Origin: Pseudomonadota bacterium
GTDB taxonomy: Bacteria; Pseudomonadota; Gammaproteobacteria; Burkholderiales; SG8-39
NCBI GenBank assembly: GCA_021811085.1
Contig: JAJZPQ010000001.1
Coordinates: 1,946 to 65,945 of the forward strand
DNA length: 64,000 bases
Direction of reading: 5' to 3'
Shown piece after piece: positions 1 to 9,487 of the stretch. Both the position numbers and the translations under genes were made by a program. The notes under the pieces were generated by a model. It was not told the DNA's origin. It did no database searches and was given only the letters and a program-made list of their open reading frames with translations. Numbering within the stretch: the stretch's first letter is position 1; each line of letters starts with the position of its first letter.

Positions 1-1316
1 GCCTCACGGGCAGCGTCGAGGGCGACGCGCAGTCGATCAAATCGGGCGAACTCGTGCTCGATCTCGACGCCAAACAGGGCAACGACACGATCAAGGGCAA
101 GCTTACGAGCCCGCTCGCGGTGGATCTGGGCGCGCAGACCGTCGATCTGAGCAAGCTTTCCGCGAAATTCGCGCTTAGCGACCCGAAATCCGCGCATGGT
201 CCGGTGACGCTCGACATCGCGGGCCGCGCCCATGCGGACCTACCGAGGCAGCGCGCCAGCCTGGATTTTTCCACCAAGTTCGATGAATCCGCCGTCACCG
301 GCAAAGCTGGACTCGTGCATTTCAGCCCGCCCGTCTACGTGTTCGACGTCAACGTGGACAGACTCGATGCCGACCGCTATTCCGGCGCGACGAAGCCAGA
401 GGGCGGCGGCGCGGCGGGCAAAGGCGGGGCAGGCGAGCCGGAGCTGGCGCTCGATTTCGCGGCGTTGAAAACCCTGCAGGCCAACGGCAGCGTCAAGATA
501 GGCGCGCTCAAGCTTGCGAGCCTGAGGCTGCAGAACCTGCGGCTCGACGCGAAAGCGGGCGGTGGGCGCCTGGACTTGAACCCGCTCTCCGCCGACCTGT
601 ACCAGGGCAAGATGAGCGGCAGTGTTTCGCTCATCGCCGCGGCGACACCGCGACTTGCCGTGAAACAGAATCTGACTGGAATCAGCATCGGCCCCCTGCT
701 CAAGGATGCGGTCGACAAGGATCTGCTCGAAGGCAAAGGCAACCTGGCGCTCGACGTCTCCGGCCAGGGCGCGACGTTGTCTGCGCTCAAGAAGGCATTG
801 AACGGGTCGGCCTCGCTCAATCTCGCCGACGGTGCGCTCAAAGGCATCAATATCGGTGAAACCATACGCAACGCCAAAGCCAAGCTCGGCACGCTGACAG
901 GCCAGACCACACAGGCGTCCAATGCCGCGGAGAAAACCGATTTCACCGAGCTGAAAGCGAGCTTCGCGATCAGGAACGGTGTTGCGCACAATTCCGATTT
1001 GTCGCTGAAGTCGCCGTTGTTGCGCCTGGGTGGCGAAGGCGATGTCAACATCGGCAGCGACAGCGTGGACTATCTGGCCAAGGCGACGCTGGTCGCCACG
1101 GCCGCGGGACAAGGCGGCAAGGACGTCTCAGAACTCAAGGGGGTCATGGTGCCGGTGCATATTTCGGGGCCGTTCACGTCGCTGAGCTACAAGCTCGACT
1201 TCAATGCCATGATCGAAGGCGCGGCGCAGCAGAAGATAGACGCGAAGAAAGAGGAATTGAAATCGAAAGCGCAGGACAAGCTCAAGGATCGGCTCAAAGG
1301 CTTGTTCGGACGCTGA
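1..1316 (+). CDS. AsmA-family protein, C-terminal portion (5' end lies outside the window)
   Basis: The frame is open from base 3 to the stop at 1314-1316; the track lists it only from an internal GTG at 54. Repetitive Gly/Leu/Lys-rich sequence (GALKGINIGETIRNAKAKLG, LRLGGEGDVNIGSD) and a Lys-rich tail resemble AsmA C-termini. Recognised by eye only. Confidence 0.55.
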   Translation, partial: LTGSVEGDAQSIKSGELVLDLDAKQGNDTIKGKLTSPLAVDLGAQTVDLSKLSAKFALSDPKSAHGPVTLDIAGRAHADLPRQRASLDFSTKFDESAVTGKAGLVHFSPPVYVFDVNVDRLDADRYSGATKPEGGGAAGKGGAGEPELALDFAALKTLQANGSVKIGALKLASLRLQNLRLDAKAGGGRLDLNPLSADLYQGKMSGSVSLIAAATPRLAVKQNLTGISIGPLLKDAVDKDLLEGKGNLALDVSGQGATLSALKKALNGSASLNLADGALKGINIGETIRNAKAKLGTLTGQTTQASNAAEKTDFTELKASFAIRNGVAHNSDLSLKSPLLRLGGEGDVNIGSDSVDYLAKATLVATAAGQGGKDVSELKGVMVPVHISGPFTSLSYKLDFNAMIEGAAQQKIDAKKEELKSKAQDKLKDRLKGLFGR

Positions 1317-1564
1317 CCGGCAAGTCAGCCCGGCAATACCGGTCGGACCCGGTGCGAGACCCAGGTATTTAGGTCTCGTAATTCCCCGTTTGTCCTAGGC
1401 ATTTAGTCATGATTTGTCATGGTCCTGTTAAAGATTGTTAAACGGGCTTCAATGGCTTTCCAGTGGAGTGTAGAGTGCGCCGTCAATGGTGTGAATTAGT
1501 GCTCAATTCGGCAATTTCAGCCGGGAAGAGCGCGATGCGGACAACAGCTGCGAAAGAGCATGTT

Positions 1565-1948
1565 ATGGGGCAACGCAAGCGGATACTGTACATCGAGGAC
1601 GAGGCCGATCTGCAGTGGCTGGTCAAGCACATTCTGGAGTCGGTCGGGGATTTCGAGGTACAGGTATGCGACTCCGGCGCAGAAGGATTGCGCCGCATCG
1701 GCGAGTTCGCGCCGGACCTGGTGCTGCTCGACGTGATGATGCCGGGCATGGACGGTTTCGGCGTATTGCGCGCGTTGCGGGCGCGGCCCGAAAGCGCAGT
1801 GCTGCCAGTGGTTTTTCTCACGGCGCGGACGCAGGAGTCCGACGAATACTTGCGCTCTGGTGCGCGCGGGGTCATCATCAAGCCGTTCGAGCCCGCTGGC
1901 CTGGTGGAACAGGTGCGCGCTTATGCCGGGGAACTGGCAGCCGCCTAG
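1565..1948 (+). CDS. Single-domain CheY-like response regulator (receiver only)
   Basis: Met35 of ORF 1463..1948. Motifs ILYIEDE, DLVLLDVMMPGMDG and IIKPF give the acidic pocket, phospho-Asp and conserved Lys. There is no output domain. ATG 1535 is an alternative start. Confidence 0.85.
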   Translation: MGQRKRILYIEDEADLQWLVKHILESVGDFEVQVCDSGAEGLRRIGEFAPDLVLLDVMMPGMDGFGVLRALRARPESAVLPVVFLTARTQESDEYLRSGARGVIIKPFEPAGLVEQVRAYAGELAAA

Positions 1949-2006
1949 ACAGGGTGCAGATGTCCGGCGGCCACAGGCCTAACAGGGTGTTGAAACAGGG
2001 GGCCTA

Positions 2007-2033
2007 GGGAAGGGGTGGGACCCTTCCCTTCCC
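2007..2033. repeat. Short REP-like hairpin GGAAGGGG(Y)GGGACCCTTCC; a second copy lies at 16516-16541 in inverted orientation
   Basis: gggaaggggtgggacccttcccttccc matches the reverse complement of 16516-16541 at 23 of 26 positions by eye. GGAAGGG and CCCTTCC can pair. Both copies sit in 3' intergenic spacers. Confidence 0.6.
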
Positions 2034-2066
2034 ACCCGGCCCCCTTTTAAATCCCCCAAGCCAGGG

Positions 2067-2142
2067 CTATTGAAAAACGCTTCCCTCCGAGAGCGCGCCA
2101 TGATGGCGCGCACTTTCATTTCAGGGACGCGTTTTTCAATAG
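2067..2142. repeat. Nested inverted repeat between two convergent receiver genes (possible bidirectional terminator)
   Basis: A perfect 14-nt inverted repeat, ctattgaaaaacgc (2067-2080) and gcgtttttcaatag (2129-2142), encloses a 9-1-9 palindrome gcgcgccat-g-atggcgcgc (2093-2111). Confidence 0.5.
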
Positions 2143-2147
2143 CCGCG

Positions 2148-2552
2148 CTAGCACGCGGCGTCGGAATTTTCGCGGCGCTGCCACAGGGCGCGGATTTGCT
2201 CCACCAGCGCGCCCGGCTCTATCGGTTTCACGATCACACCCAGCGCGCCGCGGCGCAGCAAATCCTGCCGCAACTGGTCCTGCGTGTTGGCGGTAAAAAA
2301 TACCATCGGGGTCGCCGCCAGCGCGGGCAGCTGGCGCAGGGCCGCCATGGTGTCCAGCCCGTCCATGCCCGGCATCATCATGTCCAGCAGTATCAGGTCC
2401 GGTGCATACGCGCCGGCCGCCTGCAAGGCCTCGGCGCCGCTCGCGCAGGTGTGCACCTCGTAGCCGCCACCCACTTCGAGGCTCAGGCGGGTAATCAGCT
2501 GGATGTCGGGATCGTCCTCCACCAGCATGATTTTTTTCAGCGGCTTGTTCAT
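2148..2552 (-). CDS. Single-domain CheY-like response regulator (receiver only)
   Basis: 134 aa with IMLVEDDPD, DLILLDMMMPGMDG and IVKPI. Its ATG overlaps the stop of the upstream kinase (ATGA, 2549-2552). It is a paralogue of the 1565..1948 receiver. Confidence 0.9.
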   Translation of the reverse strand: MNKPLKKIMLVEDDPDIQLITRLSLEVGGGYEVHTCASGAEALQAAGAYAPDLILLDMMMPGMDGLDTMAALRQLPALAATPMVFFTANTQDQLRQDLLRRGALGVIVKPIEPGALVEQIRALWQRRENSDAAC

Positions 2553-5074
2553 GTCCGCATCGCGCCGTGGTCGCGCGCGTACAGCTGCGCCGTGCGCGCA
2601 TGGGGCGACAGCTCGAAATAGAACGTCGTGCCCCGGCCGGGCGCGCTCACAAAATCGATCTTCCCGCCGAGCTTGTCCATAATCATTTTGCAGATGGCCA
2701 GGCCCAAGCCGGTACCGCCGCGGCGGCGCGAGGTCGAACTGTCGGCCTGTGCAAACCGGTCGAAGACGCGCGGCTTGAATTCTTCCGGAATGCCGGGGCC
2801 GGGATCGACGACGCTTACGCGCAAGGCGCCGTGCACGCGCTCCAGGCGCACTTCGACGCGCGCGCCGCGCGGGGAGAACTTGGCCGCGTTCGACAGCAGG
2901 TTGGCCATGACCTGCATCAGCCGGTCAAAATTGGCCTCGACCCAGGCCGGCCCCTGGCTCTGCGTCAGGACCAGGCTGACGCCGTACTGATCGGCGTAAC
3001 CCTGATTGGCCTGGATCGCGGTATAGAGCAAGGCTCCGAGTTCCACCGGTTCGAGCTGTATCTGCAGCGTGTCGGAATCGAGTTTTTCCACGTCGAGGAT
3101 GTCGTTGATCAGGCGTACCAGGCGCTGCGAATTGTCCCGCGCCACGCGGATCAGCGTCTGGATATCCTGGCGCAAATCCGGCATTTTGACGAGCAGACCG
3201 AGCGAGCCGACGATGGACGAAAGCGGAGTGCGCAGCTCGTGACTGACCACCGAGATGAATTCGTTCTTCATGCGCTCGATCTCTTTGCGCGATGAAATAT
3301 CGGCGTTGGTGCCGGTCATGCGCAGGGCGCGGCCCGAGGTGTCGCGGCTGACCACCTGCCCGTGGCTCAGTATCCACTTCCACTCGCCGCTGCGCGTACG
3401 GACGCGGTGCTCGACATGGTATTCCGGGCTCGCGCCCTTTATCGCAGCCAGGATCATGTCGCGCACGCGTCCCAGGTCGTCCGGATGCACGACGGCGCGC
3501 AGCGTGGCGTAATCGGTGAAGGTTTCCTGCGGCCGGTCGCCGAGCATCTCGGCCCAGCCTTCGCTCAGGTAAATCCTGCCGCTGGTGATATCCGCATCCC
3601 AGATCGCCAGCCGCGACCCCTGCAGGGCCAAGTCGAGGCGTTCGTTGACGCGGGTGATTTCCTCCTGTTGCCGCACGCGCGCGCTGATGTCGGTGTGGGT
3701 GCCGATCATGCGCAGCGGCGCGCCGCCGGCATCACGGCTGACCACCATGCCGCGCGCGAGTATCCATTTCCAGCTGCCGTCCTTGCATTGCATGCGGAAC
3801 TCAGTGGCATAGGCCGGGGTGTTGCCGTCCAGATACGCCTGCAGGTCCGCGATTACCCGCGGTCTGTCATCCGGGTGTAGCCGCTTCTCCCATTCGCCGC
3901 GCCGGTTTTCGAATTCTTCATCGGCGTAGCCGAGCATCTCCTTGTAGCGTCTCGAATACACGACATCGTCGGTCTGTATATTGCGGTCCCATACTCCGTC
4001 GCCGGCGCCTTCCAGCGCGAATTTCCAGCGCTCCTCGCTTGCGCGCAGCGCCTCCTCCGCTGCTTTGCGCGCAGTGATGTCGATGATCATCGCGAAGAAT
4101 CCGACGCTGCGGCCGGCGCTGTCGTAATCCGGAATGAACGTCCCAGCGAGGTAATGCTCGCGCCCATCGATGCCGTGCCGCGCGCGTTCGTATTCGACGC
4201 GCTCGCCCCGCAGTGCCGATTCGATTTCTGGCAGGATCGATGCGTAGGTGGCCGTCCCGAGAACCTCCGCGAGATGATGATTGTCGATGCGCTCGGAGGG
4301 CAGATCCAGCCACTCCTCGACGGCATAGTTATGAAAGCGCATATGGTGGGCGCTGTCGACATAGCAGATCATGGCGGGAACGGACCCGGTGACCAGGCGA
4401 TGCTGCTTTTCCTGTTCGCGCAGGTGCGCTTCGGTCAGGCGCCGTTCTTCGCGCTGGCGATTGATCACCGCGGCGGCGAACAGCGCAAGCCCGATGGTCA
4501 ACAGACCGCTCCAGAGTGTGAGCTGTCCGAGCTGCTGCGTGCGCATCGCGATGCGTGCGCGGCGGGCGCTGTCCAAGGTATGCTCGCGCTTGCGCATCGC
4601 CTCCACCAGCTGTTCGAATTGGCGTTCGCTGCCGCGGTAGCCCTCGCTCGAGATGAAGGAGACGGCCGCGGCCACGCCCTGCTGCTGGCGCAGCTGCGTG
4701 ACCTGTTGTTGCATGCCCACCAAGGCTGTTGCGGCGGCGTCGAGCGCTGCGGTGCGACGCCGCTGCTCGGCGTCGTCGGCGACGAGTTGCGCCAGCTGCG
4801 CTATTTCGCGGCTGCAGTCGGCCCCGGTCTCGTGCAGCCGCTGCAGGTCGCGTTCGGAGCGGCTGATGACATAACTCAGGGTGGCGGATTCCACCGCTTC
4901 CCTGGCGCTGACCAGTTCCTCGAGTTTGGCCAGCATGCGCTGGCTTTTTGTTTCGGCAGTGGCGTGTTCGACCTGCTCGGTCACGCTCAGCTGGTATGCG
5001 CCGCCGATCGTGATCAGCATGGCGATCGTCGTGGCAAGAACCAGGTAGATGCCGATTCTGAAAGAGAATTGCAT
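2549..5074 (-). CDS. Membrane sensor histidine kinase: CHASE3-like periplasmic region, three PAS/PAC repeats, HisKA and HATPase; no receiver domain
   Basis: Start taken at Met81 (MQFSFRIGIYLVLATT, first TM segment) of ORF 2549..5314. H-box is FISVVSHELRTPL; N and G boxes are NLLSNAAKFSP, DPGPGIP and GGTGLGLAICK. PAS signatures include three repeats of WKW-type sequence. Confidence 0.9.
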   Translation of the reverse strand: MQFSFRIGIYLVLATTIAMLITIGGAYQLSVTEQVEHATAETKSQRMLAKLEELVSAREAVESATLSYVISRSERDLQRLHETGADCSREIAQLAQLVADDAEQRRRTAALDAAATALVGMQQQVTQLRQQQGVAAAVSFISSEGYRGSERQFEQLVEAMRKREHTLDSARRARIAMRTQQLGQLTLWSGLLTIGLALFAAAVINRQREERRLTEAHLREQEKQHRLVTGSVPAMICYVDSAHHMRFHNYAVEEWLDLPSERIDNHHLAEVLGTATYASILPEIESALRGERVEYERARHGIDGREHYLAGTFIPDYDSAGRSVGFFAMIIDITARKAAEEALRASEERWKFALEGAGDGVWDRNIQTDDVVYSRRYKEMLGYADEEFENRRGEWEKRLHPDDRPRVIADLQAYLDGNTPAYATEFRMQCKDGSWKWILARGMVVSRDAGGAPLRMIGTHTDISARVRQQEEITRVNERLDLALQGSRLAIWDADITSGRIYLSEGWAEMLGDRPQETFTDYATLRAVVHPDDLGRVRDMILAAIKGASPEYHVEHRVRTRSGEWKWILSHGQVVSRDTSGRALRMTGTNADISSRKEIERMKNEFISVVSHELRTPLSSIVGSLGLLVKMPDLRQDIQTLIRVARDNSQRLVRLINDILDVEKLDSDTLQIQLEPVELGALLYTAIQANQGYADQYGVSLVLTQSQGPAWVEANFDRLMQVMANLLSNAAKFSPRGARVEVRLERVHGALRVSVVDPGPGIPEEFKPRVFDRFAQADSSTSRRRGGTGLGLAICKMIMDKLGGKIDFVSAPGRGTTFYFELSPHARTAQLYARDHGAMRT

Positions 5075-5170
5075 GACCGGCGAAGCATCGTACTTTTCGC
5101 TGGCAGCGTCAAATAGGTAGCGGCGGCGCGGGGCAGCGCGGCTGTCTGCTAAAATGCGTGCGGGAGGGCC

Positions 5171-5506
5171 ATGTCCGACAAACTCATAATCACCGTCGAT
5201 GCGCAGATCGCCGCGCTGGTGCCGCGTTTTCTTGCCAATCGGGCGGCCGACGTCGACAAGATCCGCGCGGCGCTGGCGGCCGCCGATTTCGCGACCATAC
5301 GCGCTGCGGCGCATGCAATGAAGGGATCCGGCGGTGGCTACGGATTTCCCGAGATATCGCGGCTGGGTGCAGCGATGGAGCAGGGCGCGCGCGAGCGCGA
5401 TGCGGCCGCGCTGGGCGCACTCGTGGCGGATTTGGAAACGTATCTGGCGCGCATCGAGATCGATGCCCGGGGGCAGGCAGTGAGCACAGGGAAACGGGTA
5501 ATGTGA
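5171..5506 (+). CDS. Histidine phosphotransfer (Hpt) domain protein
   Basis: 111 aa with the motif AHAMKGSGGGYGF (HxxKG) in an all-helical context. Divergent from the kinase and immediately upstream of an OmpR-type regulator. Confidence 0.8.
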   Translation: MSDKLIITVDAQIAALVPRFLANRAADVDKIRAALAAADFATIRAAAHAMKGSGGGYGFPEISRLGAAMEQGARERDAAALGALVADLETYLARIEIDARGQAVSTGKRVM

Positions 5507-5567
5507 TGGGTACGGCAGCAGGCTATCCGCGCATCAGGCATCAACCACACCGCGCGAACTGATCATC

Positions 5568-6269
5568 ATGCGTATCGCTTTGCTGGAGGACGATCAGGAC
5601 CAGGCGGATCTGGTGTGTGCCTGGCTCAGGGCCGCCGGCCACAGCTGCCATGTCTATATGCTGGGCAAAGATCTGGTGCGCGAGGTGCAGCGCGAAACGT
5701 TCGATCTGTTCCTGCTTGACTGGGAAGTGCCTGGAATGTCCGGCGCAGAAGTGCTGGTCTGGATCCGGGCCAATATCGACGAGCCGGTGCCGGTGCTGTT
5801 CGTCACTGCGCGCCAGCGCGAGGAGGACATCGTGCATGCGCTATCCAGCGGCGCCGACGACTACATGGTCAAGCCTCTGGGCAAGCTCGAGCTTCTCGCG
5901 CGCATAGATGCGCTGGCGCGACGTTTGCGCCCAAGTCCGGCTCAGGGCGAGGATGTGCTCGAATACGGGAAACTCAGCGTGGATTGCCGCAACCGCCGGG
6001 TCCGGGTGGGCGGCGAGGAGGTCGCGATGACGCAGAAGGATTACGAACTTGCGCTGTTCCTGCTGCGCAACATCGGCCGCTTGTTGTCGCGCGGCTACAT
6101 TCTGGAAGCGGTCTGGGGACAGTCGGCCGACATCAATACGCGCACCGTCGACACGCATGTCAGCCGCATCCGCGGCAAGCTGGGGCTCACGCCCGAGAAC
6201 GGATGGCGCCTGTCGGCGGTTTATCAGCACGGCTACCGCCTCGAGCGCATTGCGCCTGCGGCGCGCTAA
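5568..6269 (+). CDS. OmpR/PhoB-family response regulator (receiver plus winged-helix)
   Basis: 233 aa. Receiver motifs are IALLEDD, DLFLLDWEVPGMSG and MVKP. The C-terminal winged helix reads LTQKDYELALFLLRNIGRLLSRGYILEAVWG...TVDTHVSRIRGKL. Confidence 0.92.
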   Translation: MRIALLEDDQDQADLVCAWLRAAGHSCHVYMLGKDLVREVQRETFDLFLLDWEVPGMSGAEVLVWIRANIDEPVPVLFVTARQREEDIVHALSSGADDYMVKPLGKLELLARIDALARRLRPSPAQGEDVLEYGKLSVDCRNRRVRVGGEEVAMTQKDYELALFLLRNIGRLLSRGYILEAVWGQSADINTRTVDTHVSRIRGKLGLTPENGWRLSAVYQHGYRLERIAPAAR

Positions 6270-6305
6270 GGCCTGCCGCAGCCGCGCCGACGACCAGGAC
6301 GCACC

Positions 6306-6524
6306 TTGAGCAAACTTCTGCTGCTGATCCTCGCGTTCGTGGCCTTATGGTGGCTGGCGAAGGGTTTTCGCAGCAAGGACTCGCCGCCCGGCCGCACGCC
6401 CGACGCTGCAGCGGAGCAGATGGTCAACTGCGCGCATTGCGGCCTGTATCTACCGCAAAGCGAAGCGGTGTGCGAGGGCGGCCGGTATTATTGCTGCGCC
6501 GAGCACCGCCGCCTGGCGGGTTAG
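6306..6524 (+). CDS. PP0621-family small Cys-rich protein (N-terminal TM helix, CxxC...CC..H tail)
   Basis: 72 aa with hydrophobic N-terminus LLLLILAFVALWWL and tail NCAHCGLYLPQSEAVCEGGRYYCCAEHR. It occupies the position upstream of a PilS/PilR-like pair that I recall as typical for this family. Confidence 0.6.
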   Translation: MSKLLLLILAFVALWWLAKGFRSKDSPPGRTPDAAAEQMVNCAHCGLYLPQSEAVCEGGRYYCCAEHRRLAG

Positions 6525-6536
6525 CCGACGCGGACA

Positions 6537-8126
6537 ATGGCCACCTGGCAACTTGCCGCCGACACGCAGCCCGATTCGTTCTGGGTATCGCTGCGCTTTT
6601 TCAACATATACCGGCTGTTGCTCGCCGCGGTGTTCCTCGCCACGGTCTTGATCTTCGGCGACAGCCTCAATTTCGGCAGCCACAACCTCGCGCAGTTCGA
6701 GTATGTCAGCGGCGCGTATCTGCTGCTGGCGATCGTGTTCCAGGTGTTGCTGGAGAAGATACGCAGCTATTTCAATTTCCAGCTGAGCATGCACGTCGTC
6801 ACCGATATCGTCGCGACGGTGTTGCTGATGAATGCGAGCGACGGATTCAGGAGCGGGCTCGGCGTGATGCTGCTGATTTCGCTTGCGGCGGCGGCGCTGG
6901 TGAGCCGCGGTGCGCTGATGCTGTTCTACGCGGCGCTCGCTTCCATCGCGATCCTGCTGGAGCAGACGTACTGGATACTCAGCTTCGATCACAGCACCGC
7001 CAACTACGTGCAGCCGGGGCTGCTGGCGATCGGCTATTTCGCCACCGCGCTGATCACCAACCAGCTTGCGCGGCGCGTCATCCGCCAGGAGCGCGTGATG
7101 CGCCAGCGCTCGGTCGACTTGAGCAACCAGCTGCGCATCAGCCAGCTGGTGCTCCAGGACATGCAGGACGCGGTCATGGTGGTCGACGGCAACGGCCTGG
7201 TGCGCCAGCACAATCCGCAGGTTTCGCTGCTGTTGGGGTGGCAGGCGCCGGAACTCGACCAGATCGAGAATTATTCGCCCGAGATCGCGCACGCGCTCGA
7301 GCGCTGGCGCAGCGGCGGGGGCAGCGCGGCTGAAACCGTGCTGCTGCCAGGAAGCGGCAAACTGGTGCGCGCGCGTTTTGTCGAGGCGGGAGCCGACGGC
7401 GGCAGCCTTTCCCTGGTGTTCATCGAGGATCTGTCGCGGCTGCAGGAGCAGGCGCAGCAACTCAAGCTGGCGGCGCTCGGACGGCTCACCGCGAATATCG
7501 CGCACGAGATCCGCAATCCGCTCTCGGCGATCAGCCATGCAAGCGAACTGTTGCTGGAGGAAGAGCGCGCCCCTTCGCAGGAGCGCCTGCTGCACATCAT
7601 TCAGGACAACTCCAAACGCCTCGACCGCATGGTGCGCGACGTGCTCGAACTGACGCGGCGCGACCGGGTGCGCGCCGAGACGATCCGGCTTGCGGCGTTT
7701 CTGCCTTCGTTCATCGACGAATTTGCGCAGAACGAAAGGATTCCGGCATCGGGCTTCGCGTTGCGGGTGCACGAGGCGAGCGAGATCGTGTTCGACCGGG
7801 TACACCTGCAGCAGGTACTGTGGAATCTGCTGCGCAATGCCTGGCGCCACTCGCGCCAGCGCGAGGCGAGCGTACACGTGGAGGTTAGGCGCCAGGCGAA
7901 TCGGGTAGAATTGCACGTGATCGACGACGGCGAGGGCGTGGCCACGCACCTGCGGCAGCAATTGTTCGAACCTTTCTTCACTACCTACAGCGGCGGCACC
8001 GGACTCGGTCTGTATATCGCGCGCGAGATGTGCGCCGCGAACGCGGCCATCCTCGAGTACGCCGGCCCGTCCGACGTAGCAGCCGGGGCGGATTTTCGCA
8101 TCCTGTGCGGGGGCAGGCCGGCATGA
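6537..8126 (+). CDS. PilS-like (NtrB-family) sensor histidine kinase with a multi-TM N-terminus and a PAS domain
   Basis: 529 aa with about six hydrophobic segments in the first ~180 aa. H-box is LGRLTANIAHEIRNPL; N and G boxes are NLLRNAWRH, DDGEGV and GGTGLGLYIAREM. Confidence 0.8.
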   Translation: MATWQLAADTQPDSFWVSLRFFNIYRLLLAAVFLATVLIFGDSLNFGSHNLAQFEYVSGAYLLLAIVFQVLLEKIRSYFNFQLSMHVVTDIVATVLLMNASDGFRSGLGVMLLISLAAAALVSRGALMLFYAALASIAILLEQTYWILSFDHSTANYVQPGLLAIGYFATALITNQLARRVIRQERVMRQRSVDLSNQLRISQLVLQDMQDAVMVVDGNGLVRQHNPQVSLLLGWQAPELDQIENYSPEIAHALERWRSGGGSAAETVLLPGSGKLVRARFVEAGADGGSLSLVFIEDLSRLQEQAQQLKLAALGRLTANIAHEIRNPLSAISHASELLLEEERAPSQERLLHIIQDNSKRLDRMVRDVLELTRRDRVRAETIRLAAFLPSFIDEFAQNERIPASGFALRVHEASEIVFDRVHLQQVLWNLLRNAWRHSRQREASVHVEVRRQANRVELHVIDDGEGVATHLRQQLFEPFFTTYSGGTGLGLYIAREMCAANAAILEYAGPSDVAAGADFRILCGGRPA

Positions 8127-9487
8127 AGCGCGCCGAACGCAGGACCGAGCAGGCTGCCGCGACGGTCCTGGTGGTCGACGACGAGGCCGACATCCGCGAG
8201 TTGCTGGAGCTGACGCTGCTGCGCATGGGGCTGGAGGTGGAATCGGCCGCGAGCCTGGCCGAGGCGAACGCCCTGCTCAAGGCGAAGCACTTCGACCTGT
8301 GCCTGACCGACATGCGCCTGCCCGACGGCGAGGGCCTCGATCTGGTGCGCCACATCGGCGAGCATTGCCGCGACCTTCCGGTGGCGGTCATCACCGCTTA
8401 CGGCAGCGCCGAAAATGCCGTAGCCGCGCTCAAGGCGGGGGCTTTCGACTACTTGTCCAAACCGGTGTCGCTGGAGGACTTGCGCGCGCTGGTCAAGTCG
8501 GCTCTCAGGCTGCCGCAGCAAACGTCTGCGGCCAAGCCGGCGCGGCAGCAGCTGCTGGGCGAATCGGCGGCGATGCAGCAGGCGCGCGAGATGATCTACA
8601 AGCTTGCGCGCAGCCAGGCGCCGGTGTACATCAGCGGCGAATCGGGCAGCGGCAAGGAATTGGCGGCGCGTCTGATCCATGAACAAGGGGCGCGGCATGA
8701 CCAGCCTTTTGTCCCGGTCAACTGCGGCGCCATTCCGGAAAACCTGATGGAGAGCGAATTCTTCGGCTACAAGAAAGGCGCTTTCACCGGCGCCGACGCC
8801 GATCGCGAGGGCTTCTTCCAGGTCGCGCACGGCGGCACGCTGTTCCTGGACGAGGTTGCCGACCTGCCGCTCGCGATGCAGGTGAAGCTGTTGCGCGCGA
8901 TCCAGGAAAAGCGGGTGCGCAAGGTGGGGGCCACGGCGGAGGATGCGGTCGACGTGCGCATGATCTGCGCCACGCACCAGAACCTGACCGCGTTGGTGGA
9001 AGCGGGAAAGTTTCGCCAGGATCTGTATTTCCGTCTCAATGTGATCGAGCTGAAAATGCCTCCGTTGAGGGAGTGCCGCGAGGATATTCCGGCGCTGACG
9101 CAAGCGATGCTGGGTCGCCTGAGCGGAGCGGAGGGGCGCGTGCCGCGCCTGTCCAAAGAGGCGCAGGCGGCTTTGACCGACTATGATTTTCCGGGAAACG
9201 TGCGTGAACTGGAGAATATCCTGGAGCGCGCCGTGGCTCTGCGCGGCGGCGAGGACATCCAGGCGGGCGATCTGCGCCTGACGCCCGCGCGTCACAGCGA
9301 CGAGGCGCACGCCGGCGGCAAATGGCCACTGCAGGATTATCTCGACCAGATCGAGCGCGAGGCGATACTCGAAGCGCTGAACCTGACGCGCTTTAATCGC
9401 ACCGCGGCGGCCAAGCTGCTCGGCATCACGTTTCGCGCCTTGCGCTATCGCATGGAGCGCCTCGGGATCAACGAACCGCGCACATGA
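8123..9487 (+). CDS. Sigma-54-dependent response regulator (PilR/NtrC family)
   Basis: Start at Met32 of ORF 8030..9487 (ATGA overlap with the kinase stop). Receiver VLVVDDEADI...DLCLTDMRLPDGEG. AAA+ motifs GESGSGKE and GAFTGA (ESELFGH-like ESEFFGYKKGAFTG). C-terminal Fis-type HTH AAAKLLGITFRALRYRM. Confidence 0.9.
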   Translation: MKRAERRTEQAAATVLVVDDEADIRELLELTLLRMGLEVESAASLAEANALLKAKHFDLCLTDMRLPDGEGLDLVRHIGEHCRDLPVAVITAYGSAENAVAALKAGAFDYLSKPVSLEDLRALVKSALRLPQQTSAAKPARQQLLGESAAMQQAREMIYKLARSQAPVYISGESGSGKELAARLIHEQGARHDQPFVPVNCGAIPENLMESEFFGYKKGAFTGADADREGFFQVAHGGTLFLDEVADLPLAMQVKLLRAIQEKRVRKVGATAEDAVDVRMICATHQNLTALVEAGKFRQDLYFRLNVIELKMPPLRECREDIPALTQAMLGRLSGAEGRVPRLSKEAQAALTDYDFPGNVRELENILERAVALRGGEDIQAGDLRLTPARHSDEAHAGGKWPLQDYLDQIEREAILEALNLTRFNRTAAAKLLGITFRALRYRMERLGINEPRT

